From an uncultured Staphylococcaceae bacterium (GTDB taxonomy: Bacteria; Bacillota_I; Bacilli_A; ML615J-28; CAG-313), in contig CAYPEY010000001.1 of assembly GCA_964409955.1 (NCBI GenBank), forward strand, positions 738 to 64,737: a DNA stretch of 64,000 bases, in the 5' to 3' direction. Made by a program: the position numbers and the translations under genes. Below, piece by piece: positions 1 through 9,720 of this stretch (its first letter is position 1; each line of letters begins with the position of its first letter). Below the pieces are notes generated by a model. It was not told the origin of the DNA. It did no database searches and saw only the letters and a program-made list of their open reading frames with translations.

Positions 1-537
1 AACATTACCTTGTTCATCATATTCAACTGATACTTGAGTTTTACCATCAGGTCTTAATTCCTTATGAGATCCATTCTTTCTGATTTCAGCAAGTCTTCTT
101 GCAAGTTTATGAGATAACATGATTGGAAGTGGCATTAATTCTTCTGTTTCAGTACAAGCATAACCAAACATCATACCTTGGTCTCCAGCACCATCAGTAT
201 CTACACCCATCGCGATATCTGGAGATTGTTCTTTTAAAGATACAAGAACTGCTAAATTTTCAGAATCAAAACCAAACTTACCACGATTATATCCAATTTC
301 ATCAACAACTTCTCTTGCTAATTTTTGAACATCGCAATAACCATTAGTTGTAATTTCTCCCATTACAAGTACAAGCCCTGTAGTAACACAAACTTCACAT
401 GCAACACGAGAATTAGGATCTTGTGCTAATATATCATCTAAAATCGCATCGCTAATTTGGTCACAAATTTTATCAGGATGACCCTCAGTAACAGACTCAG
501 ATGTAAAAATTCTTCTTTCTAAATTTAAATCTTTCAT
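1..537 (-). CDS. metK: S-adenosylmethionine synthetase, partial (C-terminal part lies outside the window)
   Basis: Manual translation of the minus strand from ATG at 537 gives [30 protein letters not shown]..., and further on [14 protein letters not shown]. These are hallmark MetK motifs. The frame stays open to position 1. Confidence 0.9.
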   Translation of the reverse strand, partial: MKDLNLERRIFTSESVTEGHPDKICDQISDAILDDILAQDPNSRVACEVCVTTGLVLVMGEITTNGYCDVQKLAREVVDEIGYNRGKFGFDSENLAVLVSLKEQSPDIAMGVDTDGAGDQGMMFGYACTETEELMPLPIMLSHKLARRLAEIRKNGSHKELRPDGKTQVSVEYDEQGNV

Positions 538-597
538 ATAATCACCTTTTCTACTAAAATCTTATATATTATACACTATTTTTTCAAATAATGCAAA

Positions 598-1272
598 TTA
601 TTCAAAATATTTCTTCCAAATACCAAAATCTGGTTTAATCTCAAAAGATAACACTTCTTTTGAAACAGGATGAATAAATGTCAGCCCATAAGCATATAAA
701 CACATATCACACTTGGTATTATCACCATATAACTTATCACCAATTAACGGGTGGCCTATATATGAGAATTGTACTCTTATTTGATGATGTCGTCCCGTTT
801 TTAAAGCAACATCAACTAAAGTTGTGTTTTCAATTGTTTTAATGCTTTGATATTCAAGAATTGCAAGTTTTCCGTTATTTGCATTTCCAACAAAGGATTT
901 AACAAGTTCTTCATCTTTAAATAAATAGTTTTTAAGTGTGCCACTATTAGGAAGTTTTCCTTTAACTATAGCGTAGTATTTTTTCTTAAATTCACCGTTT
1001 TTGATTTGAACATTTAGTCTACTAGCGGCCTTAGATGTTCTTGCAAATACCATCACACCACCAGTCATTCTGTCAAGTCTATGAACAAGACCTAAATAAA
1101 CATTTCCTGGTTTTTGGTATTTATCTTTGATATAATGTTTTATTAATGTAAGCATATCCATATCTTTAGTAATATCTTCTTGTGATAAAATACCAACAGG
1201 TTTTTTAACTACTATAATATGGTTATCTTCATATAAAATCTCTAAACTCATAAATTTTAGTCGCGTAGACAA
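598..1272 (-). CDS. RluA-family pseudouridine synthase (no S4 domain)
   Basis: ORF contains HRLDRMTGGVMVFARTSKAASRL, the catalytic Asp motif of RluA/RsuA synthases. The track start at 1272 is a TTG. The ATG at 1251 (MSLEILYEDNHIIVV) is the more likely start. Confidence 0.85.
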   Translation of the reverse strand: MSTRLKFMSLEILYEDNHIIVVKKPVGILSQEDITKDMDMLTLIKHYIKDKYQKPGNVYLGLVHRLDRMTGGVMVFARTSKAASRLNVQIKNGEFKKKYYAIVKGKLPNSGTLKNYLFKDEELVKSFVGNANNGKLAILEYQSIKTIENTTLVDVALKTGRHHQIRVQFSYIGHPLIGDKLYGDNTKCDMCLYAYGLTFIHPVSKEVLSFEIKPDFGIWKKYFE

Positions 1273-1322
1273 CTTATTGTCTACGCTTCTCCTTTCATTT
1301 TATATTGTTCTAAAATATCATA

Positions 1323-1759
1323 ATGTGAGTAAGCGTCTACTGTTGCCCCTCACAGAACCGTACGTGCCCAATTAAGGCATACGGCTCTTCATTACACTCT
1401 TTAAACTATTCATTACTAAATAACTCTTATTTCTCATCGCACATTTTCCATCTATCTAATACCTCTAGTGTATTTAATGTTTAGTTCAGAGAAACGCTTG
1501 TTATGTTCTTCCCTTTCCTCCACTATCATTACTACCTTCATTGGTACTATGGAAGAAGTCGACTTCTTAATATCCTTTTCTATTCCTTAGTTTACAAGAC
1601 CTTGTAAATAGATTACTACTTTCGTAGAGATATTAAGACCTCCTAGGTATGTATATATTGTCAATGTAAAGCTCGCCAAGGACTCGATACCAGATGACTT
1701 GCTAGGTCTTTCTAGGTTGGATTCACACCAACTACATTATATGCACCGAACTGGCGCAC
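1323..1759 (-). ncRNA. ORF-less group II intron-like RNA (about 0.44 kb)
   Basis: The minus strand begins GTGCGCC at 1759. A domain V-like hairpin GAGCCGTATGCC/TTAATT/GGGCACGTACGGTTC lies at 1355-1387. A domain VI-like helix with one bulged A lies at 1325-1353 and ends ...CTCACAT at 1323. The stretch is GC-enriched relative to its flanks and has no ORF. The boundaries are less certain than the D5/D6 call. Confidence 0.7.
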
Positions 1760-1923
1760 CCTCAAGCAAATTATATCATATTTCATTTAATAAAAGACAT
1801 TATTTGCTATATTGTTTATTTTGATTACTTTATAATTATTTCCTATTTTTAAAATATCAAATTATTTGAATAAAATAGCGAATTATGATATAATTAAAAA
1901 AGAATAAGAAAGGGGTGCTACCT

Positions 1924-2583
1924 ATGGCAGAATCAAACAATAACAATATTCCTGCTACACAAGAAACACCAATAGTAGAAAACATTGAAGAAACAGAAAT
2001 TTTAGAAAATGAAGGTCAAGTTGATCCACTTACAATTTTCGAAAACAAACCAACTAAAAAACTTTCAAAATCTGAAAGAAAAAAAATGAGAGTACTTAAA
2101 AAATTATTTGCTGGAGAAATTAATGGAACTGAAGCAGCAAAAAAACTTGGTATTACAACTAGACAAGTTCGTAACTTAAAACGTCAAATTCTTAACGAAG
2201 GTCTTGATGGATTAGCTCATAAGAACAAGAATTATAAACCTTATAATACTTATGATGAAGAAATTAGTACTTTTGTTTGTAAACTTTATAGACGTGAATA
2301 TAGAGGTACTAACTTTAGTGAATTTGCTCGTATTTGTCAAGAACAATATGGTATCGAAGCATCTCGTAGTACAATTTATAATTTCTTAAGACGTGGAAGA
2401 ATTCGTTCACCACAAAGAAAAACTAAAAAGAAAAAGATTGTAGCTGTAGTAGAAACTCCTAGCACTACACCTACTAAAAAAACTACTACTAAGAAACCTG
2501 CAACAAAAAAATCTACAACAACGAAAACTACAACTAAAAAATCTACAACAACGAAAACTACAACTAAAAAAGAAACTAAATAA
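1924..2583 (+). CDS. HTH protein resembling a transposase N-terminal DNA-binding region, with a Thr/Lys-rich repetitive tail
   Basis: AGAAAGGGG lies upstream of the ATG at 1924. The segment GTEAAKKLGITTRQVRNLKRQ...SRSTIYNFLRRG looks like tandem HTH motifs of IS-type transposase N-termini, but no catalytic domain follows. The C-terminus is KKTTTKKPATKKSTTTKTTTKK... Confidence 0.6.
   Translation: MAESNNNNIPATQETPIVENIEETEILENEGQVDPLTIFENKPTKKLSKSERKKMRVLKKLFAGEINGTEAAKKLGITTRQVRNLKRQILNEGLDGLAHKNKNYKPYNTYDEEISTFVCKLYRREYRGTNFSEFARICQEQYGIEASRSTIYNFLRRGRIRSPQRKTKKKKIVAVVETPSTTPTKKTTTKKPATKKSTTTKTTTKKSTTTKTTTKKETK
2511..2570 (+). repeat. Perfect 30-nt tandem duplication inside the CDS (encodes KSTTTKTTTK twice)
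   Basis: 2511-2540 and 2541-2570 are identical: atctacaacaacgaaaactacaactaaaaa. Confidence 0.9.
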
Positions 2584-2612
2584 ACTCTAAAAGAAATTTT
2601 AGAGTTTTTTTT
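2583..2612 (+). terminator. Rho-independent terminator
   Basis: Stem aactctaaaa / ttttagagtt with a GAAA loop, followed by a T-run, directly after the stop codon. Confidence 0.8.
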
Positions 2613-2626
2613 GAAAAAGGAGTATT

Positions 2627-3685
2627 ATGAAAAATACAAAAGTTATAAAAGTTGGTAATGTATTAATGGGTGGTAACAATCCTGTTGTTATTCAATCTAT
2701 GACTAATACAAAAACTAAAGATACAGAATCAACAATTAATCAAATTAATGCCTTAGAAAAAGCGGGAGCACAAATTGTTAGAATGACAATTATGGACGAA
2801 GCTGATGCTTTTGCTATTAAAGCGATAAAAGCAAAAACTAATGTTCCTTTAGTTGCCGATATCCATTTTGATTACAAATTAGCTCTTCTTGCTATTGAAA
2901 ACGGAATTGATAAAATCAGAATCAATCCTGGAAATATTGGATCTTTCGATCATGTTAAAAAAGTTGTGGAAGCATGTAAAGTTAAAAATATTCCTATACG
3001 AATCGGTATTAATTCTGGTTCTTTAGAAAAAGAATTATATGAAAAATATGGCGGCGTAACACCTGAGGCTTTACTTGAAAGTATTACAAAACACATTAAA
3101 TTATTAGAGTCACTTAATTTCTACAACATCGTTCTAAGCATCAAAGCTACTGATATAAAAACAACTATTAAAACTAACCAGCTTCTTGCGTCTAACTTTG
3201 ATTATCCAATTCATATTGGCTTAACTGAATCTGGTACAGTCAATTCTGGTACTATTAGATCAAGTTATGTACTCGGAAGACTTTTAGAAGATGATATTGG
3301 AAACACTATTCGAGTTTCCCTTACAGGCGATCCTGTTAATGAAATACCAGTCGCAAAAGAAATATTAAATATGTTTAATCTCTACAAAAAACCTACACTT
3401 ATTAGCTGTCCTACATGTGGCAGAACTCAATACAACATGGAACCAATTGTTATGGAAATTGAAAAATTCTTAAACGAGTTTAACGCTAATATTAAAATAG
3501 CTATTATGGGATGCGTTGTAAATGGGCCAGGTGAAGCAAAAGATGCTGATTTAGGTATTGCAGGAGGAATTGGTGAAGCACTACTTTTTAAAAAAGGCAA
3601 AATCATTCGAAAAATCAAAGACGATATTCTTATTGATGAACTAAAGAAAGAAATAACAAACTTAATAAACGAAAAAAAGGATTAG
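2627..3685 (+). CDS. ispG: 4-hydroxy-3-methylbut-2-en-1-yl diphosphate synthase (MEP pathway)
   Basis: Full-length similarity to IspG/GcpE: VQSMTNTKTKDT, IVRMT, ADIHFDY, CPTCGRT and MGCVVNGPGEA motifs. GGAG lies upstream of the ATG. Confidence 0.93.
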   Translation: MKNTKVIKVGNVLMGGNNPVVIQSMTNTKTKDTESTINQINALEKAGAQIVRMTIMDEADAFAIKAIKAKTNVPLVADIHFDYKLALLAIENGIDKIRINPGNIGSFDHVKKVVEACKVKNIPIRIGINSGSLEKELYEKYGGVTPEALLESITKHIKLLESLNFYNIVLSIKATDIKTTIKTNQLLASNFDYPIHIGLTESGTVNSGTIRSSYVLGRLLEDDIGNTIRVSLTGDPVNEIPVAKEILNMFNLYKKPTLISCPTCGRTQYNMEPIVMEIEKFLNEFNANIKIAIMGCVVNGPGEAKDADLGIAGGIGEALLFKKGKIIRKIKDDILIDELKKEITNLINEKKD

Positions 3686-3696
3686 TTTACTAATCC
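3679..3696. terminator. Bidirectional hairpin between convergent genes
   Basis: ggattag-ttta-ctaatcc, flanked by an A-run and a T-run. It overlaps both stop codons. Confidence 0.6.
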
Positions 3697-3700
3697 TTTT

Positions 3701-4468
3701 TTATGCTATCTTTTCATCTTCTTTTATTTCTTCATTACTATTAGTTTCTTTTATTTCTTTAGTTGCAAAAGCAAGTGGATTATTACAAACCTTATTTAAC
3801 AAATAATTAGATCCAAATCCAAGAGCTAGCACACCAAATATACCTACAACATATGCAAGTAATGTTGCCCAATAATCTTCAAAGAAATTAAACATATAAA
3901 TACTATATCCGCCATACGGATTCATACCAAAATTATTAGTATGGAATAAATAGTTTAATATTACTACACAAGCTACTACAGAATACATAAATATAACTGA
4001 TTTTTTTAAGTTTTCAAATGTCAGTTTAGCTTGACCACTTGCTATCAAATAAATTCCAAAAATACTACAATTCAAATGACATAATGCATCAAACAAAAAA
4101 GTCATTGAAGCTGTATCATTAAAACTAAATAAGTATGCATACTGAGGAGTTACAAGCATCGCAACAAACATACCAACAGATAAGTACGCAACAGCTTTAA
4201 AATAGTAATCTCTTAATTTATCTTTCATCGCATAAGCAAACGGTAAAGTCGTAAAAGTAAATGGCGAAATATTATCTAGTGTTTGAAATCTAAAATTATC
4301 ACCGACATCATAACTCACTACATAAAAGCTTAAAAATAATATTACATTTGTAACTATAAATACAAAATTTCCGTACTTAGGAGGAATATGTGTGCCATAA
4401 AAAGCAATAAATAAGACTAGTGAGAAATATATGACTACAAGAATAGCAACCATCGCCATCATTGACAT
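3701..4468 (-). CDS. Multi-pass integral membrane protein, function unknown
   Basis: Several hydrophobic segments of about 20 aa and an acidic/Lys C-terminal tail. I recognise no family. Confidence 0.6.
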   Translation of the reverse strand: MSMMAMVAILVVIYFSLVLFIAFYGTHIPPKYGNFVFIVTNVILFLSFYVVSYDVGDNFRFQTLDNISPFTFTTLPFAYAMKDKLRDYYFKAVAYLSVGMFVAMLVTPQYAYLFSFNDTASMTFLFDALCHLNCSIFGIYLIASGQAKLTFENLKKSVIFMYSVVACVVILNYLFHTNNFGMNPYGGYSIYMFNFFEDYWATLLAYVVGIFGVLALGFGSNYLLNKVCNNPLAFATKEIKETNSNEEIKEDEKIA

Positions 4469-4482
4469 ATATAAATCACTCC

Positions 4483-6132
4483 TTATTCATTTTCTTGATT
4501 ATCTATAGCATCTTGATAATTAACTATAATATTTACATTTTCTTTATACCAGTTTGTACTCCATGTAAGCGGAACTTCTTCTTCTGCGAAAGGGCAATCA
4601 ATTTCAAGGCCTTCTGTTGTAAATACTTCTTCTCCCATTGCTTTAACAGTTGATGGAATGTCAACAACTGTTAAACTATCACAATTCATAAATGCACAAT
4701 CACCAATACTAACTACACTTGATGATATTATTAATTTTGTAACATTATTAAATCCAACAAATTGATAATCTTCAATTGTTTTTACTGTTTCAGGAATAAT
4801 AATTTCTTCTAATATCTCGAATTCATTTGTTGCACTTAAAGTATAGAAGTTTTGTCCATAATACATCGGGTTAGCAAATTGATCTTCAAATTTAATATCA
4901 CACCAATTTTCAATTATTCCATTGTAATTAACATTATCTAAATTTATACATCCACTAAAGGCATTTTCATTTACTAATTCTAATGTTGATGGCAAAGTCA
5001 AGTTAATAATATTTTGGCATCCAAAGAATGCTTCTTTTCCAATTTCAACACCACCTGTAATCTCAACAGTTGTTAAAGTTCTGGGAACATTCATTAAATT
5101 TGTAGTAGGTGTTGTTGCGCCAAAAACATAACCAAAATGAGTATTAGTTTTTCCGTTAATAGTTCTACCTACAAAAGGCAAGCTAATGTTTGCTAAATTA
5201 ATACATCCTTCGAATGCACCAAGACCAATACTTGTTACACTATTTGGTACAGTTATTGAAGTTAACCCTATACATCCACTAAATGCATATTGACAAATTG
5301 CTTTAGTATTTTCATTAATTTCACAACTTGTTATTCTATCACTAACAGTAGAAACTAACACAGAATATGGGTTTTCTTCAGTTCCAAGATAATAAGCATT
5401 ATCATATTGATTATATTTAAGATTTTTACATCCATCAAACGCATAATCACCAATTGTTAAAGAATCTGATGAAAATTCAATATTTTCAAGATTTGTACAT
5501 CCTGAAAAAGCTCCATTTCCTAAACTCTTAACACTAGGAGGAATTACGATAGTTTTTAAATTTTTACAATCCTTAAATGCATAAGCACCTATACTTTCTA
5601 CAGTTTCAGGAATCACAATTGTTTCAAGATTTGTACATCCCTCAAACGCATTATCACCAATAGATAAAATACCATCAAGTAAATAAATGCCTGTTAATTT
5701 ATTACAATTTTGAAAAGCTCTAGAAGATATACCAAGTACTTTATAACTTCCTTGATATGCTCCTATATAAACATCTCCAGACACTTCTTCATAAAAATCA
5801 GATATTAAACAATAGTTACCATTATACGAGAACACAACACCATATGAAGTTTCATATTCCCAGATAGCTTTAGTTGTTACATCACCTGTAATTTGACTAT
5901 ACGAATTAGACCATTTTAATAAATAACTACCCTCTTTAACAACAACAGGTGGAGTAGCAGTTTGGCCTCTTCTTACATTTTGAACAAGGTCACCACTTAC
6001 AAGCGTTCCACCATTAATATCAAAAGTTACAGCATAAGTTTTTCTTCCTGCAAACAGTATCAATAAAACAATTATTAATACTGCTAAAAACTCAATACCA
6101 ACAAATAAATATATTTTTAGTTTTTGTTTCAT
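4483..6132 (-). CDS. Surface protein: signal/anchor, one Listeria-Bacteroides (Flg_new) repeat, then BspA-type leucine-rich repeats
   Basis: Start taken at MKQKLKIYLFVGIEF (ATG 6132, preceded by AAGAAAGGA), which avoids overlap with nfo. YAVTFDINGG...KAIWE is the Flg_new module. Recurrent I..I.IP.SV..IG..AF..C..L units are BspA-like LRRs. Confidence 0.8.
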   Translation of the reverse strand: MKQKLKIYLFVGIEFLAVLIIVLLILFAGRKTYAVTFDINGGTLVSGDLVQNVRRGQTATPPVVVKEGSYLLKWSNSYSQITGDVTTKAIWEYETSYGVVFSYNGNYCLISDFYEEVSGDVYIGAYQGSYKVLGISSRAFQNCNKLTGIYLLDGILSIGDNAFEGCTNLETIVIPETVESIGAYAFKDCKNLKTIVIPPSVKSLGNGAFSGCTNLENIEFSSDSLTIGDYAFDGCKNLKYNQYDNAYYLGTEENPYSVLVSTVSDRITSCEINENTKAICQYAFSGCIGLTSITVPNSVTSIGLGAFEGCINLANISLPFVGRTINGKTNTHFGYVFGATTPTTNLMNVPRTLTTVEITGGVEIGKEAFFGCQNIINLTLPSTLELVNENAFSGCINLDNVNYNGIIENWCDIKFEDQFANPMYYGQNFYTLSATNEFEILEEIIIPETVKTIEDYQFVGFNNVTKLIISSSVVSIGDCAFMNCDSLTVVDIPSTVKAMGEEVFTTEGLEIDCPFAEEEVPLTWSTNWYKENVNIIVNYQDAIDNQENE

Positions 6133-6175
6133 ATTTTTTATCCTTTCTTTATACATAACACAATATATCTGTTTT

Positions 6176-7087
6176 TTATTCAAAAGATGACAAAGCTTTT
6201 ATTTTTTCTCTCATTAAAGGATCAAATTGTTTTGATTTAATCATTTCAATTTCATATTTATATGGTGCTACGCTTAATTGTTCATCTATTTTAACATATG
6301 GAGACTCTAAAATTTTCGGTATGTCTTCAAATCTCTTATCATAACAAAACTTTAAAATCGTATCAAAACCAATTGCTCCAAAACCAATATTCTCGTGTCT
6401 ATCTTTATGAGAAGCAAGAGGATTTTTCGAATCATTAATATGTATAACTTTTAAATATTCAAGTCCTATAATATCATCAAATTTCTTTATTACTTTCTCA
6501 TAATCATTCACAATATCATATCCAGCATCATTAATATGACAAGTATCTAAACATACAGCAATTCTTGTTTTATCATTAACTTGTTCGACAATTGCCGCAA
6601 TTTCTTCAAAACATCTTCCACATTCTGTCCCTTTTCCAGCCATTGTTTCAAGAGCAATTACGCTATCGCACCCTGAGGTTAAATCTAATATTTGATTTAT
6701 TCCCTCTGCAATTCTATTAATACCCTTCACACTTCCAGCACCAACATGGGCACCAGGATGAAGAACTAAATATTTTGCACCAACAAGAAATACATTTTTT
6801 AATTCTTGTGATAAAAATCTTACAGCAAACCCAAACTTTTCTTCATCTTGTTGAGCAAGATTTACAATATAAGGAGCATGTACAATAATATCATGCGGAT
6901 TAATATTATTTTTTTTAGCAAGACTTATTGCCTCTTCTACTCTTTGTTCAGTGATACTTTTTCTAAAAGTATTTTGTGGAGCACCAAGATATACCATTAA
7001 ACAATTAGCATTATATGATAAAGCCTCTTCAACGCTTCCTAATAGCATTTTAAATCCTGCATTACTTACATGTGAACCTATTTTCAT
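6176..7087 (-). CDS. nfo: Deoxyribonuclease IV (endonuclease IV)
   Basis: MKIGSHVS..., HAPYIVNLA, HPGAH and CLDTCH are Nfo metal-binding motifs. Confidence 0.92.
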   Translation of the reverse strand: MKIGSHVSNAGFKMLLGSVEEALSYNANCLMVYLGAPQNTFRKSITEQRVEEAISLAKKNNINPHDIIVHAPYIVNLAQQDEEKFGFAVRFLSQELKNVFLVGAKYLVLHPGAHVGAGSVKGINRIAEGINQILDLTSGCDSVIALETMAGKGTECGRCFEEIAAIVEQVNDKTRIAVCLDTCHINDAGYDIVNDYEKVIKKFDDIIGLEYLKVIHINDSKNPLASHKDRHENIGFGAIGFDTILKFCYDKRFEDIPKILESPYVKIDEQLSVAPYKYEIEMIKSKQFDPLMREKIKALSSFE

Positions 7088-8430
7088 CGTTTACCCCTTG
7101 TATCTTTTGCACGTTTACGATAAATTTCACTAATATGTTCTTTTTTAGCTTTTTTTATCTTCTTATTAATTTCTTCCATACGTTTTTTCTTATAACCAGG
7201 TTTTACCTTCTTTGGCATCTTAACACTTGCATGAACTTGATTTTCAATTTGTTTCGCGAAACCAGGTTCTTTTTTAACAAAGAACTTAGATTCCTTAAGT
7301 TCGCCATTAACAATCTTTACAAACTTAGATTTTAAACCCTTCTCTTGTAATAACTTTATGTAATTATCATCTTGATAAGCATATAAAGAATACGCATAAC
7401 CTGTATTTTTATGTCTTGCTGTACGGCCAGTTCTATGAATATAGAATTCAACGTCATTTGGTAAATCAAAATTAATTACATGGCTTACACCTTCAATATC
7501 TATACCTCTTGCAGCAATATCACTGGCAACAACATATTGGAATTCTAATGCGTCAATTCTTTTAATCATTTGCTTTCGAATTCTATCTTCCATTGCACCA
7601 TGAAGTTTACCTACTCGATATCCTTTTTGCGCAAGTGTCATCGCGAGGCTATCCACTTTTTCTTTATTATTAACAAAGATAATTGCAAGGAATGGATTAA
7701 TTATTTTTAGTAAGTCTAATAATACATCTTCTTTTTGTTTAGCCTTACATTGTAACATATAATGTTCAATATTTGCAGCCGTTAGATTTTCTTCCTTAAT
7801 TGTAATTGTGTTTACTTTTTCCAAGTATTTGTTTAAGAAAGCACGAAGTCCTTTAGGAATAGTTGCACTGAAGATTAAGAATTGAGGTTTCCCTTGAATC
7901 TTCCCCATAATCTTATCTACTTCTAACAATTCTTTTTCTTCAAAAATCATATCAGCTTCATCTATAACTACGGTTTTTGCTAAATGAATTTTTAAAACAT
8001 TTGAAGTAATTGCAAGGTCAGTAATTCTACCAATTGTTCCAATAACTATATGTGGTTGAGCTTTTTCATATTTCTTAATCTCAGCCTCCCGATCAGCACC
8101 ACCAATTGCTCTTGCGACAACAATTTCTTTTTCGGAATATTTTGTTAATTCTAAACAAACATTATAAAGTTGTGATGCAAGTTCTCTTGTCGGAGATATA
8201 ATTACTGCTTGAACTTCTTTTTTATCTTCTTCTAAATTTTCAAGTATTGGAATTAAAAATGAATGAGTTTTTCCACTACCTGTAGCACTTTCAACCATTA
8301 AACTTTCACAAGCTATCGCACGTGGAATAACATTTTTTTGAACTTTTGTTGTTTCACTAAAATTAATGGCCTTTAATGCTTCATATAAATACGGTTTTAA
8401 ATGATAGTCTTTAAATGAGCTCATTTTCAT
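7084..8430 (-). CDS. DEAD-box ATP-dependent RNA helicase with a basic C-terminal tail
   Basis: Motifs ATGSGKT, PTRELA, DEAD, SAT and HRTGRTAR are present. The Lys/Arg-rich tail resembles CshB-type helicases. Confidence 0.9.
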   Translation of the reverse strand: MKMSSFKDYHLKPYLYEALKAINFSETTKVQKNVIPRAIACESLMVESATGSGKTHSFLIPILENLEEDKKEVQAVIISPTRELASQLYNVCLELTKYSEKEIVVARAIGGADREAEIKKYEKAQPHIVIGTIGRITDLAITSNVLKIHLAKTVVIDEADMIFEEKELLEVDKIMGKIQGKPQFLIFSATIPKGLRAFLNKYLEKVNTITIKEENLTAANIEHYMLQCKAKQKEDVLLDLLKIINPFLAIIFVNNKEKVDSLAMTLAQKGYRVGKLHGAMEDRIRKQMIKRIDALEFQYVVASDIAARGIDIEGVSHVINFDLPNDVEFYIHRTGRTARHKNTGYAYSLYAYQDDNYIKLLQEKGLKSKFVKIVNGELKESKFFVKKEPGFAKQIENQVHASVKMPKKVKPGYKKKRMEEINKKIKKAKKEHISEIYRKRAKDTRGKR

Positions 8431-9719
8431 TACCTCCTAACTTTTGCGTATATTTTATTATTTCTAATTTCTATAATTTCACAATTATATACTTCATTTT
8501 CTATTAAAGTGTCATTTGTTGAAACTATTACCTCAAGATAATTTGTAGTATGCCCTACATAATAATTATTTTTTTGTTGTTCTATTAATACATCAAAATT
8601 TTTTTCAATAAACCTTTGTTGGTATTTATCTTTCATTACTTTAGCAACTTCTATCATCTTTTTAGCACGTTCTTTAATTAAACCTGGTTCAAGATGATTA
8701 TCCATTTTATCAGCTTCAGTATTCTTTCTTCTAGAATAAGGGAAAATATGCATATCAGAAAAACCTATAGTTTTAATGAATTCTATTGCTTCCTTAAATT
8801 CTTCTTCAGTTTCACCAACAAAACCTGCTAAGCAATCTGTAGTGATTGCAATATCAGGAAACATAGTTCTAATATTATCAATCTTTTCTTTATACTCAAT
8901 TGTAGTATATTTTCTTTTCATTCGTTTTAATACACCATCACTACCTGCTTGAAGAGGAATGTGTAAATGATTTGCAATACGATCTTGATATTTTTTGATT
9001 ACGCTTAATAACTCATCTGTTATTTCCATAAGTTCAATTGAAGAAAGTCTTAAACGCCAAAGAGAAGTTTCTTCCATAATTTTACTAATTAACTGAGCCA
9101 AATTAATATTACCTAGGTCTTGTCCATAAGTCCCTGTATTAATACCAGATATAATTATTTCTTTTGTACCTAAATTTACAAGTTTATTAATTTCATCAAT
9201 AACATTTTCTGGTTGTCTACTTTTTATTTTTCCTCTTGCATAAGGAATTAAACAATAACTACAAAAATTTTCACATCCATCTTGAATCTTAATAAATCCT
9301 CTTGTGTGAGTAGTTAATCTATCAAGTTTCATTTCTTCATATTCAGTAAAATCATTAATATCAAAAATTTGATTAATTTGATTTTTAGTATCAACAAATG
9401 AATTAACTAGATCATAAATTTGATTTCTTCCAGATGTTCCTATCACTATATCAGCAAGCATACCTGCACTATCTGGACTTGTTTGAACAAAACATCCCAT
9501 CGCAACAATAATAGCATTTGGATATTTTCTTCTTGCTTGTCTTATCATTTGGCGGCTTTTTTGATCTGATGTTTGTGTTACTGTACATGTATTAATAATA
9601 TACACATCTAAATTTTCATCGTTTAAAAGCGTCCAACCTCTATTTATTAAATCTATTGTGATTGCTTCAGTTTCATAAAGATTTACTTTACAACCAAGAG
9701 TTGTGGTATTAAATTTCAT
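8430..9719 (-). CDS. mtaB: tRNA methylthiotransferase, MtaB-like radical SAM enzyme
   Basis: Shows the N-terminal UPF0004 domain start MKFNTTTLGCKVN, the radical SAM motif CENFCSYCLIPYARG and a TRAM-like C-terminus. It sits downstream of rsmE, as in the Bacillus yqeU-yqeV pair. Start chosen at the ATG at 9719. Confidence 0.85.
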   Translation of the reverse strand: MKFNTTTLGCKVNLYETEAITIDLINRGWTLLNDENLDVYIINTCTVTQTSDQKSRQMIRQARRKYPNAIIVAMGCFVQTSPDSAGMLADIVIGTSGRNQIYDLVNSFVDTKNQINQIFDINDFTEYEEMKLDRLTTHTRGFIKIQDGCENFCSYCLIPYARGKIKSRQPENVIDEINKLVNLGTKEIIISGINTGTYGQDLGNINLAQLISKIMEETSLWRLRLSSIELMEITDELLSVIKKYQDRIANHLHIPLQAGSDGVLKRMKRKYTTIEYKEKIDNIRTMFPDIAITTDCLAGFVGETEEEFKEAIEFIKTIGFSDMHIFPYSRRKNTEADKMDNHLEPGLIKERAKKMIEVAKVMKDKYQQRFIEKNFDVLIEQQKNNYYVGHTTNYLEVIVSTNDTLIENEVYNCEIIEIRNNKIYAKVRR

Positions 9720-9720
9720 A

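Noticed and set aside
123-347. 74-aa plus-strand ORF.
   Set aside because: It is antisense to the clearly recognisable metK coding sequence, and its composition is low complexity.
538-597. Looked for a SAM (S-box) riboswitch upstream of metK, as is common in Bacillota.
   Set aside because: Only about 60 AT-rich nt separate metK from the preceding gene, and no S-box-like conserved helices are visible.
1263-1286. Perfect hairpin gcgtagacaa-ctta-ttgtctacgc, considered as domain VI of the intron or as a terminator.
   Set aside because: It has no bulged adenosine and lies downstream of a better D6 candidate. No T-run follows it on the minus strand, so neither role is supported. It is left as an unexplained leader hairpin.
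1760-1860. Looked for a terminator stem-loop just upstream of the intron 5' end, as expected for class C group II intron insertion sites.
   Set aside because: No convincing hairpin is visible in the 100 nt upstream, so I do not claim a class assignment.
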